64,000 nt of DNA, from assembly GCA_963674945.2 (NCBI GenBank), contig CAXXWQ010000004.1:2112001-2176000 (forward strand), in the 5' to 3' direction. Under the pieces are notes generated by a model that had not been told where the DNA came from, made no database searches, and worked only from the letters and a program-made list of their open reading frames with translations. The position numbers were made by a program, and so were the translations under genes. Source of the DNA: an uncultured Desulfosarcina sp. (GTDB lineage: Bacteria; Desulfobacterota; Desulfobacteria; Desulfobacterales; Desulfosarcinaceae). Shown piece after piece: positions 52,991 to 61,790 of this stretch. Each line of letters opens with the position of its first letter. Position 1 is the stretch's first letter.

Positions 52991-53195
52991 TTTTTGCGGC
53001 TGGCGTTGAAAAAAGGCGATGCACGCCTTGCGTACGATCATCGAAAATGCCATGATTTACAACGCTTCTTCAACAGTTTTTTGGTCTCTCGAATCCAATG
53101 AAAACATCGATCGACAGTAAGACGCGTCTCATGTTCCCTGATAAGACGCCAGACCTCATCGATCTGTTGTTTCGATGTTACATGTCCATGATAAC

Positions 53196-53570
53196 TTATG
53201 AATCGTCGTTTATGGGTATAACGTCGAGAGCAATGCACGGATCATCCCCAATAACCCACGCGTCACTGCCCGGCGCTATTTCGAAAGCACAGCCCGGTTC
53301 AATTTCCGCCTCGCTTTCGTATTGATCCTTGACCATCATACGGCCTGAAAGAATGTAACCGATGTGATTTTGTGCGTCTTTTCCTGCTTGTGGCCCTGCG
53401 TGCAAAGACCATCGCCATCCAGGCTGATAGGTTCCAAATCCAACCGCGACAGTTCGAAGAACTGCATGGGAGCGAGTGCTGCCATCAATAAATGTTCGGG
53501 TGTTTCCGGCAGTGCTCGGATTTCCCTTAACGATGGTTGGTCGGATGGTTTCTATGGAATTCTTTTTCAT
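53196..53570 (-). CDS. Cupin domain protein
   Basis: PGWRWS, HIGYILSG and DAWVIGD motifs. Confidence 0.8.
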   Translation of the reverse strand: MKKNSIETIRPTIVKGNPSTAGNTRTFIDGSTRSHAVLRTVAVGFGTYQPGWRWSLHAGPQAGKDAQNHIGYILSGRMMVKDQYESEAEIEPGCAFEIAPGSDAWVIGDDPCIALDVIPINDDS

Positions 53571-54562
53571 TTGGATTGCATACCCTTCCCGCCATCGGGC
53601 GGATTTATGGGTTTTGGATCACCAGTACTTTTCTCAGGATTTTTCTTGATTTGATTCGACTGTGTGAAATTTGGTTGATCACGATAGTCAATTGCGGCCA
53701 GGGCGGCACCCATACCGGTATTGGCATACGTGCCCTGGCGCTTTTCCGGCGTATTGTGCACTTTGCGTTTTATGCAATTGTAGGTTGCCGGGACGAGGAA
53801 AAGACGGTCACTTTGAAAATAACGATCCGCAAGGTCTGCGTCGAGGTCGCGGAGCAGTTGTTTCATGGCTTCAATGTAACGGTTATCCTCTGACGGCCGA
53901 TCATCGCCTGGCGGAAGAAGCAGGAAAATCGTTTTTCCATGGTCCAGGCACCAGCATATCGCCTCGACCACATTATCGAGTTTTTTCTGTTCCGGATGAT
54001 GTCGGGACAAGCGGCGGTAATCCAACACATTGAATTCGTAGCTCAAGCCATCCAGCCCCGCGAGTTCTGCGGCGAAACGCTTGCTTTTGAAAACGCGAAG
54101 ATTTGAAATCAGCTTGTAACCCGGATATATTTCCCGGAATCGTTGAATCGCCGTCGTGGAAAGCGTACTTCCGTAACGTGACTCGTCGTAGGTCATACAC
54201 CAGATTTCATGGAAACCGTTGCGGCGTCCTGCATCGATGACGGGGTTTGGAAGCTTCCGGTTGTCGCCCACAAAAATCGGGCTCCAGTGGAATGCGGCCA
54301 GGTAGAAGGCGCGGGATTTCACGTGGCTGAGCACCGTGTCCTGTTCCGCGGGACTCTTAAGCGTGCGTATCCAGGCGTAAGGGACCCAGACGCCGTCAGC
54401 TCGTGCGGCAACTTCCTTCCATCCGTCCGAATGCCGTAGCTCCTTGGCAGTAAAGGCATGTCCGACATGGATCAGGACGCGGTAGGCAAAGGCGGAAGGC
54501 CCCCCGAACACAAGTGCCGCTAAAAGTGCGAGGATAACTTTGAACCGCTGTCTGTACAGCAT
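53567..54562 (-). CDS. Secreted hypothetical protein
   Basis: Sec-type signal peptide ending AFA; GAGG RBS; 331-aa ORF. Confidence 0.65.
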   Translation of the reverse strand: MLYRQRFKVILALLAALVFGGPSAFAYRVLIHVGHAFTAKELRHSDGWKEVAARADGVWVPYAWIRTLKSPAEQDTVLSHVKSRAFYLAAFHWSPIFVGDNRKLPNPVIDAGRRNGFHEIWCMTYDESRYGSTLSTTAIQRFREIYPGYKLISNLRVFKSKRFAAELAGLDGLSYEFNVLDYRRLSRHHPEQKKLDNVVEAICWCLDHGKTIFLLLPPGDDRPSEDNRYIEAMKQLLRDLDADLADRYFQSDRLFLVPATYNCIKRKVHNTPEKRQGTYANTGMGAALAAIDYRDQPNFTQSNQIKKNPEKSTGDPKPINPPDGGKGMQSK

Positions 54563-54669
54563 TGCCTCATTCTTCCTTATGCAATAAGAAATCTGATATC
54601 CTTGTAATTCTCTTTGTCTGAAAAATACGCGAAATAAGAGTATTGATCACCGAGCCGATCCCCCCTCGC

Positions 54670-55803
54670 CTACCAAACCCGTGATGCAAGATTACGGCTG
54701 CCGGATGGATTCAGGTAAAGAGTCAAGCTCGCATTCAGCACGCCATTGCCTTTGATGGTGTGATAGGACACTGGCCATACGGCTCCTTTACCGTACAACG
54801 ATCCGATCTTAAAATAGAAAAACTGCCACGGAACAGAGTTGCCCGAGGTTTGCGCCGGAAACCGCTTCTGATAGTTTGCTTCAGGTGCTTCTGTCAGAAA
54901 ATCCCATCGTTCCCGGAGGGTTCCCTGCTTCGATTCGGCCGGAACGAACCCACCGTCAACGCCTTGAAGTTCAATATACAAGGGCGTGTCCAGGGTGTGC
55001 AGGGTATTATCCGCACCCGCATCGGCAAAATAGGAAAATGGCAGTCCGCCCGTAACGAGCGCAATGATTGCTTCACCGGCCTCTGGCTCGGTATTTTCTT
55101 TGATAAAAGTCCTGTCATATTGCTGTTTCATGTTCGGCGGTCTCCCTCTGATGACCGTCAGAGGACCTTTGTCCACGGTTCTGAGCTGGGCTTCGATAAG
55201 GGTCAGCCGCACAACGCTGTCTTCGGGTTTCAAAACGATGACAATGTTGTCACGGATGATGGTCAGAGGCTTGTTCTCGTATTTGTTGGGTTTGCCGGAC
55301 ATCACTGCCATGAGCTGTTGGGTGAGATGGTGTTCCTCATTCGGTGAGGCCTCGATCTCATATGTTTCCGACAGATACCCTGGCGCCCGAAACCTAAGCG
55401 TGTGAATCGGGCACTTGTCGCAAACGATGTGAAACCGTCCGTTGATGGTCTCCTTTCGCCGTTTTTGGGTGAATCCGATGGTATCCGGACGAGGATGGTG
55501 TTCGGTAATGGTCATGGTCACCCCGTTGATGGGATTTCCCCTCGCATCCTGCACATCACCGGAAAGGTCGAAGTTGATATTGGTGGCGATGATTTCGGGC
55601 GTATCCCGCCTTTCCGTATTGACCGGTTCCGTTGGCTCGGGCGGCGATACGGCCTCTTGCGTTCCCGGAGGCGGTCTGTCCGTAAACCGCATCACCCCAT
55701 TTTCATCGACCCACTTGTACACACGAGCATCGACTGCTCCACCGATGAGCACCATCATGCAGGCGATACAAAGCATCCATCGCCCGACCGGAAATCGATT
55801 CAT
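54670..55803 (-). CDS. DUF4124 domain exported protein
   Basis: Signal peptide; VYKWVDENGV..FTDRPP motif; carboxypeptidase-regulatory-like segment. Confidence 0.8.
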   Translation of the reverse strand: MNRFPVGRWMLCIACMMVLIGGAVDARVYKWVDENGVMRFTDRPPPGTQEAVSPPEPTEPVNTERRDTPEIIATNINFDLSGDVQDARGNPINGVTMTITEHHPRPDTIGFTQKRRKETINGRFHIVCDKCPIHTLRFRAPGYLSETYEIEASPNEEHHLTQQLMAVMSGKPNKYENKPLTIIRDNIVIVLKPEDSVVRLTLIEAQLRTVDKGPLTVIRGRPPNMKQQYDRTFIKENTEPEAGEAIIALVTGGLPFSYFADAGADNTLHTLDTPLYIELQGVDGGFVPAESKQGTLRERWDFLTEAPEANYQKRFPAQTSGNSVPWQFFYFKIGSLYGKGAVWPVSYHTIKGNGVLNASLTLYLNPSGSRNLASRVW

Positions 55804-56085
55804 GAGCCTCCCCTCCCAGTGTTGATTTCATAATCCTGCAACCTTCGCAGCTTCGCAAAATATCTCCAGCGATCCCGGAATCGAAAAACAAAAAATCATA
55901 TCACGGCCGTAAAGGCAATGGTTTCGTGCCGAACCGCAACAGGTTCTGCCATCTTTTTCATATAAACCCGGAAAGATAGATTCATCCGGTGAAAACGGAA
56001 TTCGCAGAAGACCATTGTCTTCAATTCAATACGGCAGATCATTTCTCATGGCAATCATTGATGAAATCTATGTTCGGCACATGAA

Positions 56086-56886
56086 ATGAGTATTATTATC
56101 AATGGACACATTAAAGATGCTTTGAATGTCCCCTATGATATGATTGCCCATAACGACGAGCCGCTTTATACCAATGGATATGACAACTGGTGTGCTGGCT
56201 ATTCAAACCTGACAGAAATGTATGGTCCGGGCGTACTATCCGTGGACGAAGCGGAAGGAAGTTTCGTGTTTACCGGCATAATCAATCGTGTCAATTATGA
56301 AAATGTCTCTACCCGGGCTACGCATCACGGCATTACCTAAAAAGGTGGCGGATTGAGCAGCAGCAGTTTTCTCCAGGCCGATATCCCGCCGTTTTGTTTT
56401 CAGGAATTGCTGACATATCTCGGGGCAAGCCCGGAAGGCAACATGGCCGACGGCATTTATTACGGGGAGATGGCCGATTGGATGGTCAAATACCCTGACG
56501 GGCAGCGGGTGGATTTTGAAGTTATCTGGGAAGGAGCAGACCGTTATTACAATCTGTACGAATTATACGATGAAGCGGCATCCGAGTTCGATCCCGCCCC
56601 GAAAGATTTTGCGCCTCTGGGCATCGAACCCAGGATTGGCGGCACGCGGGATTCTAACCTGCTCTGGAATCCAGGATGCATTTATTGTTTTTATTCTTGT
56701 GTTTGCGGCATTACTTCCAATGCAAGAGCCAATGAAGAAACCTGGTTTGATGACGGTGGCATATACGATACAATAAACGCCCCGGATGACGAACGGAATT
56801 ACTACGCCGGGAGGTATTATCCGAAGGCGGATTTGATGCCGGGAGCGGGTGCGATAATCCGGATCAGAGCCACCATTGTCGAATAA
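56086..56886 (+). pseudogene. YdjY-like protein pseudogene
   Basis: THHGIT*KGG in-frame TAA at 56338-56340; LGASPEGN and GCIYCFYSCVCGITSN motifs; 5' end also disrupted. Confidence 0.65.
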
Positions 56887-57069
56887 TATTCACGCAAGAT
56901 GCACCTTTACTCGTGCGCTTTGACGCTTTTGCGCGTTCACGATTGCCGTCATGTGTCTCGTTTGCTTCCATTCCAGCCGGAACTAGCAAACAATGAGGGT
57001 TTGCAGCAAAGAAAACCTGCAAATCCTTTCATTGAGGATTTTCATAAATACGATCCCGCACCGCGCACT

Positions 57070-58623
57070 TCAGGGCCGTAAATGCTTTTTACCAAATTGG
57101 ATGCCTAATTTTCTCATCTTTGTCCTAAGCGTTGAGGGATTCAGATTCAGAAGTTTAGCGGCACCTTTTTCTCCTTCAATCCTGCCATTGGCCCGTTCCA
57201 AAGCCTGCATGATGATTTTCGTGACAGCCTGATCGAAGTCCAGGCCATTCGAAATTGCTGTTGAAAAACCGTTTGTGATTTTATTGGTTACGGCATAGCT
57301 CGGCTCTTCGAAGGTCAACGGCTTACCGTCACTGAGAATAAGGGCGCGTTCCACCGCATTCTGCAGTTCCCGGACGTTTCCGGGCCAATCATAATCCATC
57401 AATTTGGGCAGGCACCCCGGCGCCAGGATCGGAACATCCGTCCACCCCATCTGGCGCGCTTTTTTGGTCATAAAATGCTGTACCAAAATGGGAAGGTCGG
57501 CAAGCCGTTCCCGTAAGGGCGGAATCACAATCGGAAAAACGTTGAGACGGAAATAGAGGTCTTCCCTGAACTTTCCATTGGCGATCATTTCTTCCAGATT
57601 GCGATGGGTGGCTGCGATAACGCGAATGTCCACGGGAACGGTTTCCGAGCCGCCGATCCGCTCGATCTCGTTTTCCTGGAGAACCCTTAGTAGACGTACC
57701 TGCGCCTTGGGCGTCAGCTCGCCTATTTCATCCAGAAAGATGGTGCCGCCCTGGGCTCGTTCAAATCGGCCCCGCATCTTGCTGAACGCACCGGTAAATG
57801 CCCCCTTTTCGTGACCGAAAAGCTCGCTGTCCATTAGCGTTTCCGGAATTGCGCCGCAATTGACCTTAATCAATGGGCCTTTCCTGCGTGGCGAGATGTT
57901 GTGGATGGCTGTCGCGATGACCTCCTTTCCGGTTCCGGTCTCTCCCAGAAGAAGAACGGGGCTCATCATCGGCGCAACCTGGGCAGCCAACTTCATGACC
58001 TGCTGAAGTCCAAACTGCGCGCCTATAATTTCTTCATCGATATTCTGCTGAAGCTCATTTTGCAAATACCGGTTGTCGTCCAGCAAAATGTCTTTCAGTC
58101 GTAAAACTTCGCGGTAGCGAAGGTAATTACTCATCGCAATGGCCATGGGCTCATTAAGGAGAGAAAATAGGCGAATGTGGTCTTCGTTATATTTTTCCTC
58201 TGCATGGTTTCCGATGAAAACAGTGCAGAAAAGATTCCATTTCGGGACAGGTAATAAGATCATGAATGTGCCGTTCGGATACCCCGAAAAGGAAGTTATG
58301 GCTTTGAACGTTGAAGGTTCACTATAGCGATCAATCACCGCAACGGAGGCATTTTGATCGGGTTTCTTATGTTGCTCCTCTAAATTATGACGGATTTTCT
58401 CCGGAAGAACCAGCTTTAACGAAGTGAGTTGCCCGCCGTTAAGATCGGCTCTGGCCAAATTTTCACCAATGCCGGTGTCCAGGTTGTAAACATTCAAATA
58501 GATCATGTCGGCGGGGATATGCTGACGAATAAAGATTAGAAGATCGAATAGCGCTTTTTCGATTTCGAGACTTCCGCATACCAGCAACGTCGCCTCACGA
58601 AAAAAGATATTTTCATCGATCAT
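57070..58623 (-). CDS. Sigma-54-dependent activator (GAF-like + AAA+ + HTH; FhlA-like)
   Basis: GETGTGKE, ELFGHEKGAFTGA and WPGNVREL motifs plus HTH; GGAG RBS before MIDEN. Confidence 0.92.
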   Translation of the reverse strand: MIDENIFFREATLLVCGSLEIEKALFDLLIFIRQHIPADMIYLNVYNLDTGIGENLARADLNGGQLTSLKLVLPEKIRHNLEEQHKKPDQNASVAVIDRYSEPSTFKAITSFSGYPNGTFMILLPVPKWNLFCTVFIGNHAEEKYNEDHIRLFSLLNEPMAIAMSNYLRYREVLRLKDILLDDNRYLQNELQQNIDEEIIGAQFGLQQVMKLAAQVAPMMSPVLLLGETGTGKEVIATAIHNISPRRKGPLIKVNCGAIPETLMDSELFGHEKGAFTGAFSKMRGRFERAQGGTIFLDEIGELTPKAQVRLLRVLQENEIERIGGSETVPVDIRVIAATHRNLEEMIANGKFREDLYFRLNVFPIVIPPLRERLADLPILVQHFMTKKARQMGWTDVPILAPGCLPKLMDYDWPGNVRELQNAVERALILSDGKPLTFEEPSYAVTNKITNGFSTAISNGLDFDQAVTKIIMQALERANGRIEGEKGAAKLLNLNPSTLRTKMRKLGIQFGKKHLRP

Positions 58624-58783
58624 GATGCAGGCTCCACGTCGGCCGTAAAGATTATTAAAAAAACTGTTGTATTGAACAGAATACAACAAAACCGGCAAAT
58701 AAAACAGTAAATTGTCTTATCGCACAGCATTCCGCTTTGATTTACCTAACTATAAAATATTATTGTTGTTTTAATTTTTATGG

Positions 58784-58798
58784 TGGCGCGGTTCGTGC
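58784..58798 (+). promoter_or_regulatory. Sigma-54 promoter, copy 1
   Basis: TGGCGCGGTTCGTGC: GG-N10-GC. Confidence 0.55.
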
Positions 58799-59172
58799 CT
58801 TGCCATGCCGTTCTTCAAGAAGTCCCAATCTTTGCTTCTCAGACAACCTTGCAAGAAAGCTACCAACAAACGACCATTCTTGACAGTTTGCTGCAAATGG
58901 GACTGGAACACAGTTTTGGATGGAGAAAACAGTATGCCAATCAAACTACAATACCTTATTAATTTAGAAAGTTTTACACATCTCCAACACTGCCTCTCGG
59001 GAAAAAATATTTTAATCAATCATACTCCTGTTCCTCATCAGACGCAAAGGTTGCCCCAAAGACTGCTTTATTAAACGGCGGGGCGGCTGAGGAAACGGAG
59101 AAAAAGTGTTTTATCCCACGGAACCCTTTTTCCTAAACATATAACCGTCCAATATTATAGCGAATTAAATGT

Positions 59173-59187
59173 TGGCACGGCGCGTGC
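59173..59187 (+). promoter_or_regulatory. Sigma-54 promoter for the RND operon
   Basis: TGGCACGGCGCGTGC: GG-N10-GC; divergent activator adjacent. Confidence 0.7.
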
Positions 59188-59325
59188 TCTTTCATGGTGT
59201 TCTTCGAGGAGTACTTACTATCCTTGCGTTACAGACAAGATCGCAAGAAAGCGACCAACGAACGGCCATTCTCGCCAAATTGCTGTGGATGGGACTGGAA
59301 TACCTTTGTAGATGGAGAAAACATT

Positions 59326-60633
59326 ATGAAAATGAACCGTACCCTGTTGACCTGCCTGATGATGCTTCTGCCGTTTTATCACGCGGCAGCGGCACAGGAC
59401 ATGCTCACTCTCTCCGAAGGGCTGAAGATTGTGACGGAAGACAGCCGGGTGATCAAAGTGGCCAAGTGGAGCGAGGCCTTGGCGGAGTCGGATGCCAAAA
59501 TGGCGCGGTCCGCGATGCTCCCGGACCTTACGGCCACTGCGGCGTATACGTACTTTAAAGATCAGCCGGCCATGCTTTTCGAAGGCATGGTTGTTCCGGC
59601 GTCCAATACCGATTTCTATCACCATCGCATTGTCCTTCAGCAGATCCTTTTTGCTTTTCGCGGCAATCTGTCGCGCTATGATGCGGCAAAAATGATTGTC
59701 GAGGCACAGAAATTCGATTCCGTTCGCGCGCGCAATGAGGTCGCCCTGGAGTTTATCAAATCCTTTTACAATCTTCTGGAAGCAAGACACCTCAGCGAAC
59801 TGGCCGCCAAGGAAATAGAGCGGCTGGAGGCCCATAATCGGAATGCAGATCAGCTCTATGAAAAAGGCGTGATTACGAAAAACGACCTCTTACAAGTTCA
59901 GGTACGCCTCTCCGACGCCCGCCAAAACCATCTGTCGGCCCAAAACCTCGAGTCCATCCTGGCGGCAAAACTGAACAATCTGCTTCTACGACCTCTCAAC
60001 GATAGTATCGAACCCCAAGAGCAAGCGGTGACGGTTGATGCACCTCGACAGATCGAGCTGGAAAATGCTTGGGAGATGGCTACTACCAATCGACCGGAGA
60101 TACTTGTCGTGGATCGGACCCTTAGCGCCCTCGACCTGGATGAAACCGTAAAACGATCGGAATTCTTGCCGAAACTCTTCGTCAGCGGGGCCAATGAATA
60201 TACGCAAAACGATTATCAAGCTCACGAAAACGAATGGCTCGTGACCTTCGGGATTACGATCAACCTATATAACGGTGGTCGGTCATCCGCCGATTTACAG
60301 AAGACGAGAAGAAAGAAGAAACAGCTTTTAGAGCAGCGGGCACAGCTTGTCGACGGGATCAAACTGGAGTTGCAAAGCTACCTTTTGTCCCAGGACAACG
60401 CTTACGCGAGTATCCTCGTCAATCGTGATGCCGCGGGGCAGGCCGAAGAGAACCTTAGGATCAACAAGAATCGTTATGAGGAGGGAGAGGGAACCGCAAC
60501 GGAAGTACTCGACGCCATAACGCTTCTGACGGTTGCCGAAACCAATCGAATCCGGTCCGTCTATGACTACCGAAGGGCAGAGGCGGCCGTTCATTACGCA
60601 ATGGGTGAAGATTTGCGGGATATCTGCCACTGA
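59326..60633 (+). CDS. TolC-family outer membrane efflux protein
   Basis: Signal peptide; two OEP repeats (LP.L..., Y..G....DLL); GGAG RBS. Confidence 0.9.
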   Translation: MKMNRTLLTCLMMLLPFYHAAAAQDMLTLSEGLKIVTEDSRVIKVAKWSEALAESDAKMARSAMLPDLTATAAYTYFKDQPAMLFEGMVVPASNTDFYHHRIVLQQILFAFRGNLSRYDAAKMIVEAQKFDSVRARNEVALEFIKSFYNLLEARHLSELAAKEIERLEAHNRNADQLYEKGVITKNDLLQVQVRLSDARQNHLSAQNLESILAAKLNNLLLRPLNDSIEPQEQAVTVDAPRQIELENAWEMATTNRPEILVVDRTLSALDLDETVKRSEFLPKLFVSGANEYTQNDYQAHENEWLVTFGITINLYNGGRSSADLQKTRRKKKQLLEQRAQLVDGIKLELQSYLLSQDNAYASILVNRDAAGQAEENLRINKNRYEEGEGTATEVLDAITLLTVAETNRIRSVYDYRRAEAAVHYAMGEDLRDICH

Positions 60634-60671
60634 GTAATAAAGAGAAACCGTTTACACAAAGGAGCGGGTCT

Positions 60672-61790
60672 ATGTTTGATTTAATTAAGAATAAAAAAGT
60701 GTTTGTTTCCCACTTGAGCGTTGCCTGCATCACTGCAGCCTTGGTGCTTATCATCACTCGGAACGGTAACGTGTCGCAAACCGAGCCAATGGAAGAAGAC
60801 ATTCCCCTGGTGCGAACCATGGTGGTTGCCTCGGAAAAGTCTGGTCAAAAATACGTCTATTCCGGCGAGGTAAGGGGCCGCTACGAAAGCAAGCTGGCCT
60901 TCCAGGTGGGGGGGAAAATCATCAGCCGGCTGGTGGAATTGGGGGATAAGGTAGAAAAGGGAGCACGGTTGATGCGAATCGACTCGAAAGACATCGAGCA
61001 ACTCGTCACCAGCCAATCGGCCGTGGTCGCCTCAGCCAAATCGCAGCTTGAGCTTGCCGAAAAGGAGCTCAACCGATACCGCTCACTTTTTGATAAGGAC
61101 GTGATCAGCCGCGCCCAACTGGATCGATATGAGACCGCCTATGAAAAGTCGCTGGCGGGGTATCGGAGCGCTGTCGCCCAGCAAACCAAGACCGCCAACC
61201 AGCTGAGTTATTGCACCCTTTATGCCGATCGGTCGGGCGTAGTGGCGTCCATCAGGGCCGAGGCGGGGCAGGTCGTGGGACCGGGGCAGCCGGTAATCAC
61301 CCTGATCCAGGACGGTGAGCAGGAAATCGAAATCAATGTGCCTGAAAACCGCCTGCAGATCCTTCATGACGAACCCCAGATCCGGATCTCTTTCTGGGCC
61401 CTGCCCGACGTTACGGGGGAAGGAAAGATACGAGAAATCGCCCCCATGGCCGATCCCGTAACCCGCACCTATAAAGTCCGGGCGAGCCTGGTAGAACAAA
61501 TTCCTCAGATCAACTTGGGTATGACGGCTTCCGTCGAGATCGCTCCCGACAAAAAAGAAGGCTTCATCTTTGTTCCTATTTCCTCCCTCTATCAGACGGA
61601 AGACACCCCCTGTGTCTGGATCGTTCAGGGAGAAATACTTGAACTGCGACGGATAAAAGTCGGCAAGTACGGTGCCGACGGGATCCAGGTGGTAGGGGGT
61701 TTGAAACCTGGAGAAACGATTGTGACCGCCGGTGTCCATAAATTGCGAGAAGGGCAGCGTGTAAAGATCCTGGGAGGCAGCCAATCATGA
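60672..61790 (+). CDS. RND efflux periplasmic adaptor (MFP)
   Basis: LAFQVGGKI..RLVELGD.V.KG, L.A...GVV and GL.PGE.IV.AG motifs. Confidence 0.92.
   Translation: MFDLIKNKKVFVSHLSVACITAALVLIITRNGNVSQTEPMEEDIPLVRTMVVASEKSGQKYVYSGEVRGRYESKLAFQVGGKIISRLVELGDKVEKGARLMRIDSKDIEQLVTSQSAVVASAKSQLELAEKELNRYRSLFDKDVISRAQLDRYETAYEKSLAGYRSAVAQQTKTANQLSYCTLYADRSGVVASIRAEAGQVVGPGQPVITLIQDGEQEIEINVPENRLQILHDEPQIRISFWALPDVTGEGKIREIAPMADPVTRTYKVRASLVEQIPQINLGMTASVEIAPDKKEGFIFVPISSLYQTEDTPCVWIVQGEILELRRIKVGKYGADGIQVVGGLKPGETIVTAGVHKLREGQRVKILGGSQS

Larger units (their letters stand above)
58783..59330 (+). repeat. Direct duplication of ~155-bp promoter + leader (58783-58936 and 59172-59328)
   Basis: Shared GTTCTTC, CAGACAA, GCAAGAAAGC, CCATTCT, ATGGGACTGGAA and GATGGAGAAAACA.TATG. 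Confidence 0.85.

Noticed and set aside
49600..53600. Integron cassette array
   Set aside because: No paired RYYYAAC/GTTRRRY attC sites found, several genes overlap, and there is no intI.
56338..56340. Recoded stop in the YdjY-like gene
   Set aside because: TAA is not a known recoded codon in bacteria, and the 5' end is also broken.
58805..59325. Conserved CCxWDWN leader peptide in the duplicated leader
   Set aside because: The ATG lies upstream of the expected sigma-54 TSS, has no RBS, and shows no third-position substitution bias.
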